A DNA stretch of 64,000 nt from Candidatus Bathyarchaeota archaeon (GTDB lineage Archaea; Thermoproteota; Bathyarchaeia; Bathyarchaeales; Bathycorpusculaceae): NCBI GenBank assembly GCA_963826715.1, contig CAWGYA010000007.1:96001-160000 (forward strand). Reading direction: 5' to 3'. The translations under genes were made by a program, and so were the position numbers. The notes under the pieces are model-generated. The model was not told where the DNA came from, made no database searches, and saw only the letters and a program-made list of their open reading frames with translations. Positions within the stretch are counted from its first letter, which is position 1; the number at the start of each line of letters is the position of its first letter. This document shows positions 40,021 through 49,999 of the stretch, in pieces.

Positions 40021-41268
40021 TCAATCACCTCCTTTTTTGATCTTAGAAGCGTTACTTTGACTTGACTGCTGAGAGGAAGCATCCCAGAGTTCCCAACCAA
40101 ACTTTACAGCATTCTTACGGAACTCTTCATCTCTGACCAGCCCTAGCTCAGCAGCCCTGATAAGATCAGCCGGAACCATCTCTGGTGTTTCTGGGCTACC
40201 AAAATTCAATCTCACCTTCGCCTTAGCAGCTTCAAACCCGTTTTGGGCAACAATGACAGCGAAAATTTCTTTCTCTACTTGACGTTTGATGTAGCGCTGA
40301 GCAGGCTTTATGAGCATGTCCTGCAAATCCAACGCCGCACGCGCAGAGGCCTCGGTAAAACCAGGAGTGCTAAATAGCCTGGGCAGAGGCGTCTCGCAGC
40401 CAAGATAGAATTGATTAACCATGTGATCTATGTAGTACTCAAAACGTGCCCTTGGGTCAATTGATACTGGGTAGACGCCGACGTTTTTGGCGCCGCTAAA
40501 TAGCCATTGTCCTTCTTCGGGGCGATTCTTTATTGCGCTCTCATATTTCTTGATGGTGTCTTCTTTTTGTCCCTCAAGCTGAACCACAACGTCTGGTCCA
40601 GCATACTTGACAAAGATGTTTGGCAGGATCTTCTCTATCTTGGCCTTCATCCAAGCATAACTTGGGCGCTTATCTGCGTCAAGAGTTAACGTGTGTAAAA
40701 GCACCTGTAGTAATCCTACGCCAAAGCCGGAGGGGACATCGCCGCTTAGGCGCCAGTGAATCACAGCTTCGGGTTTAAGCTCGTTTCCTGCACCGCCGCC
40801 ATAGGTGCTCATGAGCTGGTATCCTGTAACCTTGTAGGGCAACTTTAGGGTAGGAACCGAACTGAGCCCAATCCGCTGAACAGCATCAATCGGCATACGC
40901 AAAGTATCAACTAGCCGCTGGGGAGTGAGTTTTAGCCAGAAATCATTCCCGCATGCAATCAAAGGCTTAGCCATATCGTTTAGAAGCCCATCAAGGTTGA
41001 CGTCTTCACAAAACTTGTCTACAACAGCTTTTGCCTCAGATGCCTTCTCATATTTCTCATTAGCCGTCGTGTAGAAACCCATGCCAACCGCCGACGCGGC
41101 TAGCAAATCAACACTGCTCTTACAGGTCGGATCTCGCTCATAGAGCTTCATAACATCACATAGCGAAATGGCTGAGGTATCAAAGAACACACGCCCATTT
41201 GGCGACGCCACGCCTGCTGCAGGAGCACGGGAAAGCACTTCACGGATCTTATTGATTACCTTACTCAC
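40021..41268 (-). CDS. Portal protein
   Basis: LYERDPTCKSSVD, CGNDFW, VIHWR, FGVGLL, TEASA. Confidence 0.82.
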   Translation of the reverse strand: MSKVINKIREVLSRAPAAGVASPNGRVFFDTSAISLCDVMKLYERDPTCKSSVDLLAASAVGMGFYTTANEKYEKASEAKAVVDKFCEDVNLDGLLNDMAKPLIACGNDFWLKLTPQRLVDTLRMPIDAVQRIGLSSVPTLKLPYKVTGYQLMSTYGGGAGNELKPEAVIHWRLSGDVPSGFGVGLLQVLLHTLTLDADKRPSYAWMKAKIEKILPNIFVKYAGPDVVVQLEGQKEDTIKKYESAIKNRPEEGQWLFSGAKNVGVYPVSIDPRARFEYYIDHMVNQFYLGCETPLPRLFSTPGFTEASARAALDLQDMLIKPAQRYIKRQVEKEIFAVIVAQNGFEAAKAKVRLNFGSPETPEMVPADLIRAAELGLVRDEEFRKNAVKFGWELWDASSQQSSQSNASKIKKGGD

Positions 41269-41328
41269 TTCACGTCTACTCCAAAGGTTAAACCAAAAAA
41301 AGGGAGGCCATTGGCTTAGAGTGGCGCT

Positions 41329-42285
41329 TTAAGTCAGCGTCGTTTTGATGTTTGTCATCTTGGCAACAGCGTTGGAGCGAAGAACACCTAGCCCAAAGCG
41401 GGTGGTGCCTCTAATGCCTGAATTGCCTGTCTTAGAATCATACCAGTCCTCAACAGTAACATCCCTGCGAAGCAGCATAACGGATGCTACTCGAGTGTCA
41501 ATTGCATATGCTGTGCCGTTGGGGATCTCGGTGCTAGCCTGAACCTTCATGCCCAGAATTGTACCTATGGAGCCTTGGTCTATGTCGGTTTGAGTGCTCG
41601 GCAGCATAACGCCGTTTCTAAAGTTCTCATCATTAAGTAACTGATGCAGCTGCATTTCATTGATCGCTAACACGTTAGGCTTCCAATTCGCACTACGAAC
41701 CGCATAATGCAAAGACAAAAGCTGCGCCCAACTAAACACTGCACCGCTACCAGCAAGCACAGCACCAGTCGCCAAATCAGCATCTGCAATAGCAGCATAA
41801 AGCGAGATGATCTTCTGGGTCTCCTTAACGGCAACTGCTCTGCCTACGTTTCCCACCATGCGGTCCATGACGTTCCAGGTGGCGTCTTCATCAAACTCCT
41901 TGGTCCACTGATCGCCAGACTCAACGGTGATGTTTGTGCTGACATCTACCTTGCCGGGTTTTTTACCACTTAAGCGCACGACTGCGCCTTCAGCGTATTG
42001 ATAAGCAACCGCTCCCTCATCGAGCGGAAAACGCTCCAGAGCCTCACTAGTAGGTGTGACATTGATGATGCCTCTGCCGATGAGTTCTGGCCATGCAGCC
42101 TCAACCATTGTGTCATGTACTCGCCCCAAAGCGTTTGCAGAGTCGCTAAAAAAGCCCTCTTTTACACCCACCGCAACATAGCGCTTAAGAAACGGATTGA
42201 CCTCAAGCTTGCGTTTTAGGTCTTCGTAGACGCGCTTTTGCTCGCAGTCACGCTGTTGAAGAGCTTCGTATAGTTTAGGTTTCAT
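41329..42285 (-). CDS. HK97-fold major capsid protein (probable start MKPKL at 42285)
   Basis: AEGA, VGRAVAVKE, GTILGMKVQAS.EIPNGTAY, TTRFGLGVLRSNAVAK. Confidence 0.88.
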   Translation of the reverse strand: MKPKLYEALQQRDCEQKRVYEDLKRKLEVNPFLKRYVAVGVKEGFFSDSANALGRVHDTMVEAAWPELIGRGIINVTPTSEALERFPLDEGAVAYQYAEGAVVRLSGKKPGKVDVSTNITVESGDQWTKEFDEDATWNVMDRMVGNVGRAVAVKETQKIISLYAAIADADLATGAVLAGSGAVFSWAQLLSLHYAVRSANWKPNVLAINEMQLHQLLNDENFRNGVMLPSTQTDIDQGSIGTILGMKVQASTEIPNGTAYAIDTRVASVMLLRRDVTVEDWYDSKTGNSGIRGTTRFGLGVLRSNAVAKMTNIKTTLT

Positions 42286-42289
42286 CCGA

Positions 42290-42718
42290 TCACTTCTCCA
42301 CTTCGATAAATAGCAAGTCACCGTCAAGAGTAGTGGTTTGCAGAGCGGTTCCAAGTTTGCGGTTGTAGAACACGGTGTAGGTTGCTGCGCCGCCTTCATC
42401 GACTGCCTGGTCTACTAAGGGGGCGACTTTGTTTGCTGCTGCACTGCAGACTGCCTTTCCACGTGTTATTGCTCCGTTTGCGGTGACTTTGACTCTGCCA
42501 CTAGTGAGGACGGGGCACATCTCACCGATTGCTACGGTTTTTGTTGCTATGCCAATAGCGTCATCTCCGCCTGGGCTGGGTGAGACTTTGTCGTCACTGC
42601 TCAAATAGACGGGTGCGCCTTTGGTGATTGCTGCCTCAGCCTCAAAAGACTCTATGATAGCCGTGGGGTCGTCGGAATCTCCTGCATCCATCCAAGTTTT
42701 GCCTGTTTTATCAGCCAT
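42290..42718 (-). CDS. Capsid decoration/cement protein (DUF2190-like)
   Basis: AEAAITKGAPV, AIGIA, GRVKVTANGAITRG. Confidence 0.75.
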   Translation of the reverse strand: MADKTGKTWMDAGDSDDPTAIIESFEAEAAITKGAPVYLSSDDKVSPSPGGDDAIGIATKTVAIGEMCPVLTSGRVKVTANGAITRGKAVCSAAANKVAPLVDQAVDEGGAATYTVFYNRKLGTALQTTTLDGDLLFIEVEK

Positions 42719-42797
42719 ACAAAATCAAATCGAATGTTTGGTTTGAATTTCCCAAAGTTCGTCCTTTGGTACTTTTCCTCATAGAAATGAGCATAAA

Positions 42798-43553
42798 CTA
42801 GGAACCTCCGGCTAGCCGCCCTTTAGCTACAAAAAGCGCTGCTCTTACAGCTTGGGCTTGCCGCTGCATACCCATGCTAGACCTCTCCACCACCAAAGGA
42901 GGAAGCAGCCCTTCCAAAATGGTGATGTGTTCTGAGACTGGCATCATCTTTGACGGATCTTTAAGCAAGCCTCCACCTGGAAGTTGTTTTCGAAGGTCCT
43001 CGATTACTTTTTCAGATTCAGAGAGCTTGCCTTCGGTTTGGGTCAGCTTTTCGTGTAGCTGCTTATCCTCGACCTCCTCGATTACCTTAATGTTGGTTTC
43101 TTGGACGCCAGGGACCGCTACGAGCGATAGCTCGGGATTGAAAAGGCCATGAGGCACCTTAGCATCCACCACATCAAGCGTATCGTAGTCAGCGCCGACA
43201 CTAACGTGCTGAATCAGGCCGTTGCGTATTTTGTCGGCTATGGTTTGGTCGTAAATCTCAGCCTCATAGAGCAAACAACGGCTAGCCGAATCATAATTGC
43301 ACTTGGTAACTTTTCCTGCAGCAGTCTCGACGGCGACATGCTCGATGTAGACTGGAGCATTAACCAGCTTCTCAGCAAAAACCGTAAGCTCATTTGGCGT
43401 GTAAACGTTAAAGTTACGAGACATACCCGCAGCCATAGCGATGCCACCAATCTTTAGAGGCTTGTCATCTGCTGATTCTAAAATTTTGAAGGGTAAAAGA
43501 GAGGCTACATGCTCTTTGACGTGTCTGCAACCATCACAGGTTTGTATTGCCAT
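42798..43553 (-). CDS. Prohead protease/scaffold
   Basis: SRNFNVY, VYIEH, HVSVG, ELSLVAVPG; coiled-coil C-terminus. Confidence 0.8.
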   Translation of the reverse strand: MAIQTCDGCRHVKEHVASLLPFKILESADDKPLKIGGIAMAAGMSRNFNVYTPNELTVFAEKLVNAPVYIEHVAVETAAGKVTKCNYDSASRCLLYEAEIYDQTIADKIRNGLIQHVSVGADYDTLDVVDAKVPHGLFNPELSLVAVPGVQETNIKVIEEVEDKQLHEKLTQTEGKLSESEKVIEDLRKQLPGGGLLKDPSKMMPVSEHITILEGLLPPLVVERSSMGMQRQAQAVRAALFVAKGRLAGGS

Positions 43554-43589
43554 ATAGGCAAAAGAGGCTTATTTTGCTGAAAAAGGCTG

Positions 43590-43626
43590 TTGTTAAGCCT
43601 TGTTAAAGATTAACAATAATTGTTAA
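43590..43626. promoter_or_regulatory. Four TTGTTAA boxes at 10-bp spacing in the divergent promoter region
   Basis: TTGTTAA at 43590, 43600, 43620; reverse copy at 43610; palindrome ttaacaat-a-attgttaa. Confidence 0.65.
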
Positions 43627-43660
43627 ATACAGACAGGCAAGTGATAACTTTGTAAGAAAG

Positions 43661-43804
43661 ATGAAAAAACATCCAGTCAGCATCGCCCTTTCCAATCGTA
43701 TTCTGCAGAGGATAGACCAAGAGGCATCAAAGCAAAAACGCTCAAGAAGTGAATATGTTGAGTTATTCTTCGAAGAAGCCCTCTTTTCACAAAAACAGAA
43801 TTAA
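43661..43804 (+). CDS. 47-aa CopG/RHH repressor (not in ORF track)
   Basis: MKKHPVSIALSNRILQRIDQEASKQKRSRSEYVELFFEEAL. Confidence 0.75.
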   Translation: MKKHPVSIALSNRILQRIDQEASKQKRSRSEYVELFFEEALFSQKQN

Positions 43805-43894
43805 TCTATCAAGACAAAATGTCGCTGGCTAATTAACCCTAAAACAGCTTTGTCTATTGAACCTCAAGCCCAAAAAAAGAAGATAGAAAGAATC

Positions 43895-45205
43895 TTAACT
43901 AGTCTTTTTGGCTTTCATCTCGGGGATTTGATAAAGTCTTACGTCTTTAACTTCAATTTGCCTAATTGCAGCAATATCTTTGTGAAGTTGTCCAACGCCG
44001 GATTTTAACACACTTAGATTTCCGCCAACTGCATGATACATCACCTTTTCAGCTGCCTTGCGGTTTACAGCACCAGTCAGCATTCTTTTTCCCGCGATAT
44101 TCCATACTATATTATTCCAAGGGTCATTTGATAAGTCTCTAGGAATCTTCGAAACCCTCTCTACAGCTTTTTCTAAAGATAGCTTTTCATGTTCGATTAA
44201 CAAGCGAACGATTTTTACGTAAATCAGAAGACCAATAGGTCTAAAAATGATATTTCCACCATCAACGTGTCTATATTTAACTGCAATTTCGTCCTCAGGA
44301 TTGCTATCACAAACCTCTTCTAATTCATTAAAGTATTTGCAGAATGCATCCCACAAGGCAATGGAAGATGCATATAATTCATTTACTTTTTCTTCGCCAG
44401 GGTAAAAACGTTTGAATTGATCCCAACCGGATTTTGGTTTTTCTATAAGGTAAGTATTTAATGCTTCATAAAGTGTGTTAATATTAGTTAAGGCTTGTTT
44501 GTCGCTAGACGACATACTTGACATGCTTGAAGAATTAGACAAAGACAATTTTCCATCAGAGAATAAGGCGTATTCTTCTATTAGTCTTCTAGTAATTATT
44601 GCAATTGCATCGTCTTCATCCAGGGTAATTATTGCTTTTTTGCTGACTGGTTTTGCATACCTATTTAAGGTACTAAAAAGCCGTCTTGTTCTTTGGAAAC
44701 CGGACGGGTCCTTAAGTCTTTCCGAGACCTCAATACCTTTCACTATTATTATTGGAATCTCCTCATGACCGAGTTCTGGATGATCTTTAATAGTAATTCT
44801 AATACCTTCAACTCTATGCTGCCCATCGATTGCAAAAAGTTTCTCTTTACCTGTAAAAGTAAGAAAACCTAGTATTCCTTCGAAATCTTCAGAAGCGCTA
44901 ACACCAGTATCCAATGGGCCCTCAAGTTTTATTTCTGTCCACTGTGGATCGCCAGCACATGTTCCAATAACTAAAGAGTTAAAGAAGCGCTGTGGTTGCG
45001 ACACTAAATATTCTTTGATTTTTATTGCACGCTGACCTTGAAGATCTCTTTGCAAAAGTTCTTCCAAGATCTTACTATCATAAAGAGTTTGAGCTCGAGA
45101 GATTCTATTGGCAATCGCTTCCATTTTCATGTAGGTGATATAATAAATCCAGTCTCCCATATTTGCTCTTAAGGCTGGTAGAACTAAGGGTTTTGATGAA
45201 CTCAA
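43895..45205 (-). CDS. DGQHR (DndB-like/ParB-fold) domain protein
   Basis: LQRDL, RFFNSLV, FAIDGQHR, RRLFSTLNRYAKPV. Confidence 0.85.
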   Translation of the reverse strand: MSSSKPLVLPALRANMGDWIYYITYMKMEAIANRISRAQTLYDSKILEELLQRDLQGQRAIKIKEYLVSQPQRFFNSLVIGTCAGDPQWTEIKLEGPLDTGVSASEDFEGILGFLTFTGKEKLFAIDGQHRVEGIRITIKDHPELGHEEIPIIIVKGIEVSERLKDPSGFQRTRRLFSTLNRYAKPVSKKAIITLDEDDAIAIITRRLIEEYALFSDGKLSLSNSSSMSSMSSSDKQALTNINTLYEALNTYLIEKPKSGWDQFKRFYPGEEKVNELYASSIALWDAFCKYFNELEEVCDSNPEDEIAVKYRHVDGGNIIFRPIGLLIYVKIVRLLIEHEKLSLEKAVERVSKIPRDLSNDPWNNIVWNIAGKRMLTGAVNRKAAEKVMYHAVGGNLSVLKSGVGQLHKDIAAIRQIEVKDVRLYQIPEMKAKKTS

Positions 45206-45684
45206 GTAAATGCCCTCCTTGCTTGACCCATTGATCCTTTTATTTTAGTGTTTAACGGAGGTTGATAAGCGTCCGTAAGCTCGTCCTCCAATTGTACTGC
45301 TTCTTCCTTCTTGGCTTTAATATAATAGAAGCAAATAAACCCATCATATAAATTAAGAAAAACAAATACTTTGGGTCGACCAGTCACGCGTTTTTCAGAA
45401 GTCAAATATTCATGAAATCTACTTCTTAGCGATTTTTCCTCTTTTCCAACATACATCAAATAGGAACAAGCCGGATGATTAGCTATGCCGGGCTGAAGAA
45501 CAAGGGTATAGACACCTGGTTCGTTAGGTATTTGATCTTTCTTAGAAAAATCGAGCTTTTGACCATGCCATTCGTGAGTTAAGGTATATTTTTTCCAGGT
45601 ATCGGGGCAAAGCAAAAAATGCCTGCTCCAGCCACATGCCTTCAAGTAATCATTCAATATGTCGGCGAGCTCTGGCTTACTCAT
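45202..45684 (-). CDS. GIY-YIG-like nuclease
   Basis: IPNEPGVY...MYVGK...LRSRF.EY...LEDEL...PPLN; ATGA-type overlap with the DGQHR gene. Confidence 0.75.
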   Translation of the reverse strand: MSKPELADILNDYLKACGWSRHFLLCPDTWKKYTLTHEWHGQKLDFSKKDQIPNEPGVYTLVLQPGIANHPACSYLMYVGKEEKSLRSRFHEYLTSEKRVTGRPKVFVFLNLYDGFICFYYIKAKKEEAVQLEDELTDAYQPPLNTKIKGSMGQARRAFT

Positions 45685-45801
45685 AACCTCATCATTCAGC
45701 GTTACTTATTATTTTGTCTTTCGCGCATACCAAATAACCTATTAAACACTCTATTGAAGCTTCAGATAATATCCTACTTTGCTAGGGCTAAAATATCTCC
45801 T

Positions 45802-47352
45802 TTAAAATTTGGTTTGAGAAAGCAACTTATCCGATTTGTTCAATCTTTGCAAGATTAAGATGATTTTTTCAGTTTCATTATCCGGCAAGACTTCTAAGCA
45901 CTTAGTCAAATACTTTTGTTCAGCCTTCTCTTCGCCAATTCGCTTAAATGCTGAAGCCAAATTCCAAAGAATACCAAAATGCTCCATTGGGCTGGATAAA
46001 CTCGGAGTTTTCTCTTCCGCTTCTCTGAAATAGTTCCAAGCGGCCTCTTTGAAGCCCATTTGCCATTCTGCCTCTCCGATATTCTTCAGACCCACAGCCA
46101 CCATGTACTCATTACCGCTTTTTTCATATTCAACAAGTGCCTTTTTCATGTAACCGATCATAAGCTTGAATCGCTTATTATGCCTACATATGATTGCATT
46201 ATTTTCAAGAATTATGCCTTTTTCAAGAGTTGTCAAGTTACTGGATTTTAATAGTTCGTTGTTTAGCGTTATTGACTGTAGAAAAAGTCCTTGCTCTTGA
46301 AGAGAAATAGCGCACATACCTATCAGGAAGTTGACCTGCTTCTCAGGTTCTAGTAGAGTTAATAATAATTCTCTTGCTTTCGACGCATCCACAAAATTAT
46401 ATTTGAATGGATAACCTTTTGCAATGAGGCTCTTTCTTATTTCTATGTCTTGATTTTGGAACCATTCCTGGGCAATAATGGAGGAAACTTGCCTATAGAA
46501 GACTTCAAAAAGTAAAGTAAACTGCCCGCTTTCAGCGCACAAGTATTTGTGATATTTTTCTCTTAAAAGGAAGTTCTGCTTTGAAATTACATCATTGCAC
46601 TCTTCTCTAAAGGAAATAAAATCCTCAACATATTCAGGCATTATAGGGCTAATTGCAGCGTTGTGACGGATCATTTCCACAGCGATGGGGTTTGATTCCC
46701 AGTATTCCTTGTCTGCTTTTGACAACTGCAAAGCAGGAGAAGTTGTGTCTGTTTTAGGCAGCTCCTGTGAACTAAAAATAGTCGCAATTGATTTAACTCG
46801 ATCGTCAACTTTTTGCCTTTTTATCGGAGCCGGCTCTACCTCATAAAAAGCGTCTGGAACATATTCGTGAATTATTCGTTGCAGATGTCTGCGGGTGTAA
46901 TCATCGTTTTCTTCAACCGATAATGGCTTCTCTATTAAATCCTCTAACTTGAAGCCTTCGGGTCTAAACATTGAAAGCAGGAAAGCTTTGGTTAGAGTTA
47001 ATCTTTGTCTTTTTAGTTTCGGGGTTGTTCTTGTCTTTTTGAGAACATATCGATAAAACCCGGGTATGCAAGCTCTTTTGGAGAGCAGTAAACCTATTTG
47101 TCTTCCGAAGTCATTGAGTTCATTTTGCCATTTAGGACTTGCTCTATCTAATGCACCGATGTATCTTTCAAGATATCGTTGACTAATCCGATCAAAAGAA
47201 GTCATTATTGAATTTGCTATTTTGTCTCTTTCAATCTTTTCTTCTTCTGTTAGTCTGGCATCCTCTTCCTTTGGATAAAAAAAGGGAGGCCTTTTGCCTC
47301 CGGGATTATCTTTTTCCATGGTTTCCTGCTCTGGAATAGTGGTATGCTGCAT
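45802..47352 (-). CDS. Protein with C-terminal TPR repeats (true start probably downstream of 47270)
   Basis: AVGLKNIGEAEWQMG...AWNYFREA; LWNLASAFKRIG...YLTKCLE. Confidence 0.65.
   Translation of the reverse strand: MQHTTIPEQETMEKDNPGGKRPPFFYPKEEDARLTEEEKIERDKIANSIMTSFDRISQRYLERYIGALDRASPKWQNELNDFGRQIGLLLSKRACIPGFYRYVLKKTRTTPKLKRQRLTLTKAFLLSMFRPEGFKLEDLIEKPLSVEENDDYTRRHLQRIIHEYVPDAFYEVEPAPIKRQKVDDRVKSIATIFSSQELPKTDTTSPALQLSKADKEYWESNPIAVEMIRHNAAISPIMPEYVEDFISFREECNDVISKQNFLLREKYHKYLCAESGQFTLLFEVFYRQVSSIIAQEWFQNQDIEIRKSLIAKGYPFKYNFVDASKARELLLTLLEPEKQVNFLIGMCAISLQEQGLFLQSITLNNELLKSSNLTTLEKGIILENNAIICRHNKRFKLMIGYMKKALVEYEKSGNEYMVAVGLKNIGEAEWQMGFKEAAWNYFREAEEKTPSLSSPMEHFGILWNLASAFKRIGEEKAEQKYLTKCLEVLPDNETEKIILILQRLNKSDKLLSQTKF
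47276..47301 (-). terminator. Hairpin + U-tract after the microprotein
   Basis: Minus strand GGAGGC-aaaag-GCCTCC-c-TTTTTTT. Confidence 0.55.
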
Positions 47353-47461
47353 TATTGGAGTTGAGTTGATTGGCTGTATTGTTTTGGGCCGCTCTGTACT
47401 CCGAGCTAGTGGGGTTTAGGACTGTTGATCTTTGATCGTTTGGGGTTGGTTTATCGGTCAT
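47306..47461 (-). CDS. 51-aa Asn/Gln-rich microprotein (not in ORF track)
   Basis: MTDKPTPNDQRSTVLNPTSSEYRAAQNNTANQLNSNNAAYHYSRAGNHGKR*. Confidence 0.6.
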   Translation of the reverse strand: MTDKPTPNDQRSTVLNPTSSEYRAAQNNTANQLNSNNAAYHYSRAGNHGKR

Positions 47462-47543
47462 TTTATCACTGATTCCTTATAGAGCGCTAATTTTCTTAAA
47501 TAAAAATCGGACATAGAATCACTATATCTCAATTTTGCCTGCT

Positions 47544-48113
47544 TTAGGTTCCATTAAATGCATTATCGCAACCAACGGCATAAGGACAAACGATATCTAA
47601 CTGCTTAATCGGTCCGCCATTTTTCTTTTTGTAGAATCCCGCCAGTCGAATATTATAGTCGCAAATGGATCCCGCAAGTTCTCCACTGGTCACTTTCCAG
47701 CTTGTGCGATGTTTGCTTGTGTTAATAGCAGTGACAATTTCGATAGCAGTATCTTTCATACTCTCTTTATCCACATCACTGAGTTCTGCAAGTCCCTTTT
47801 TATCTCCAAATTGAGGATGAGAGTGAAAATCACCCACATATTCAAGGTGCATCAATCGGGGAATAGCTTCTTGTATCTTAATCTTTTTCTTTGGATGAGG
47901 TGCCACTTCACTATACGTTCGTTTAGCAACTGCCTGAAAAGGAACTGCATGTTCTACTATGATTTTTCCTTGCGACTTAATGCCTAATAGAATACCGAGA
48001 CATTCCTTCTTGTAAACTTCGATCGAAGAAAGCACTATTCCAACAAAGGCTTTATCGGATAGAATAATCCGAGTCTTACCGTAAACCGGCAATTTATCAC
48101 CGATTTTAATCAA
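47544..48113 (-). CDS. JAB/MPN (Mov34) metalloprotease domain protein
   Basis: ECLGILLG ... VGDFHSHP ... LSDVD (JAMM motif). Confidence 0.85.
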   Translation of the reverse strand: MIKIGDKLPVYGKTRIILSDKAFVGIVLSSIEVYKKECLGILLGIKSQGKIIVEHAVPFQAVAKRTYSEVAPHPKKKIKIQEAIPRLMHLEYVGDFHSHPQFGDKKGLAELSDVDKESMKDTAIEIVTAINTSKHRTSWKVTSGELAGSICDYNIRLAGFYKKKNGGPIKQLDIVCPYAVGCDNAFNGT

Positions 48114-48173
48114 TCGGTTTCAATTTAAGGCTTTGCAGATTAACGAATACTTAATTGCTAACTATTGAATTGA

Positions 48174-48691
48174 CTTATTACACGGGTAGGAAAGTTCACA
48201 TCTGTTATAATCAAGCAACCAAAGAAGTGTACAAATAGCGAGTTAGACATATTCTTCGATTTACTCATGAAGGGAGGCGAGGTTGAAAAGCGAACTGCGG
48301 CTAGCGGAATTAGACGGGCGGAGTTTCTTGCATTCAACTTATGAGAAGAATATTCTAGCAGATCGCAGCAATAAAACAGCCAACAGAGACATATAGAGAA
48401 AGTATATTTCGGAAGGCAAATGCAAACGAGCAGGGGATTAATTACAACCGTGAACTTGGGTATATAGTCACGAATGAGGCGTATAGAGGACGCCGGATAT
48501 GCTCTAATCTGATTGACCAATTGTTGGAAAGATGCCCAGTCAATCTCTATGCAACTACAAAAACAGCAAACATAGTCATGCAGACGGCGTTGGAACACAA
48601 TGGTTTTCGGAAGATAGGCAGTCAATATAAGGGAAGACTAAATCATAGTAAACAGGATTACCAATTACAATTATATATTAGGAATATTTAG
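48174..48691 (+). pseudogene. Disrupted GNAT acetyltransferase
   Basis: Frame 1 ...ELDIFFDLLMKGGEV...FLAFNL*; frame 2 ELGYIVTNEAYRGRRICSNL...ALEHNGFRKIG. Confidence 0.6.
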
Positions 48692-48724
48692 CCTTAAAGC
48701 GATTCCTAGTTCCGTTCAGAAAAG

Positions 48725-49872
48725 TTAGACCACGCTCATCAATTTCTCAAACCATTCCTCTTTTCCAAAGCGTTCTTGCATGTCTATAAGTTTTTTGCAG
48801 TTAAATTGATCTGGACAGGTAGAACACTGAAAGTGTTTCCGCTTAACTTGTTCTAATAAAATTTTTTTCAGCCGTTCATTCTGGATTTGCTTGGAATAAT
48901 TCGTGAATGGAGTTAAGAGAAATCCTCTATAACTTTGCATTTCAGCAAGAAAGAAGTCTTCCAGCTCAAACTCTTCCTTTTCACCTTTACCCATTTTTTC
49001 TTTTTTTAACGCAACCTCATATCTTTTTGCCAGTTCCTCAACAACAGTTAGATGGAACTGCTCGCCTATTTTCCCAAGAGTAATAGCCGATATCTGCGTA
49101 TATTGCCATAAGAAGCAGGTAAAAGACGATATCACCGGTTTGAACCGATAGATTGTAGACTTTTTTGAATTCCGATTGTTCAAAATACACAAAAGGAGTT
49201 ATTTCAGACCCAGGTTGGAAGTCTCTCAAGTTGGTATGGATATAGCTAGAAAGCTGATCATAAGTGAAATGTATCAATTCCGAGCGTTTATAATCATCAT
49301 ACTTTAAGCCATCCAGCCACAAATAGTCAAGACTATCAGGCAGGTTACCAATTCCGCTAATATGTCTAAATTTTTAATCCGATTGGAAAAATCTTTATCG
49401 TGCATCCATTTGGTTAATTTCTTATCTGGTTTTTTTTAACTCAAAATCAGTATATTCCAAAAACTCCATAAATTCCTCATAACTCATGCTTTGTCCCTTA
49501 TGGGTTTCATTTCCTGTCAGCATTGATTTATCATCGATTGCCACAAAAGCTTTAACGACTGTTTCTAGCATCCATCTAAGCGTTCTGGCTGCGGAATCGT
49601 AAGCTCCCACCAACTATCATTAACACTACTCCATTGAACTCTCTCGAAACTATTCTCGTAAGGTTAGCAGAAAGTGACTGATTATCTAAAAAAGGGTCAT
49701 TTTAGTCTATGTAGTCCCCGCACTTGCTACGATACATTGATGGGATCTTTGTCTCTAACCATTCATACAAGTAATTTATTTTCTGCAATAACGCAATGCG
49801 CTTTTTATTGCCTTTTACTTTTTGCGTGTCATTAAAAACATGGATAAAGTGCTCAGGAAGCTTTGTCGGCAT
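48725..49872 (-). pseudogene. Fragmented paralog of 51672..52823
   Basis: MPTKLPEHFIHVFN, GAYDSAARTLRWMLE, YDQLSSYIHTNLRDF, ERFGKEEWFEKL split over several frames. Confidence 0.85.
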
Positions 49873-49999
49873 AGAAAAATATAGCTTTATTTTTGTTTTT
49901 AAAACTAATTGTATAACAAGACTAGCTTGCGTTTAGCTGATTTCTTAATTGAAGGCAATCGCTAATATTTACGAAGATTTCACTCAATCTTTTCAGCCG

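Noticed and set aside
48158-48625. 155-aa minus-strand ORF as a real gene
   Set aside because: Antisense shadow of the broken GNAT on the plus strand.
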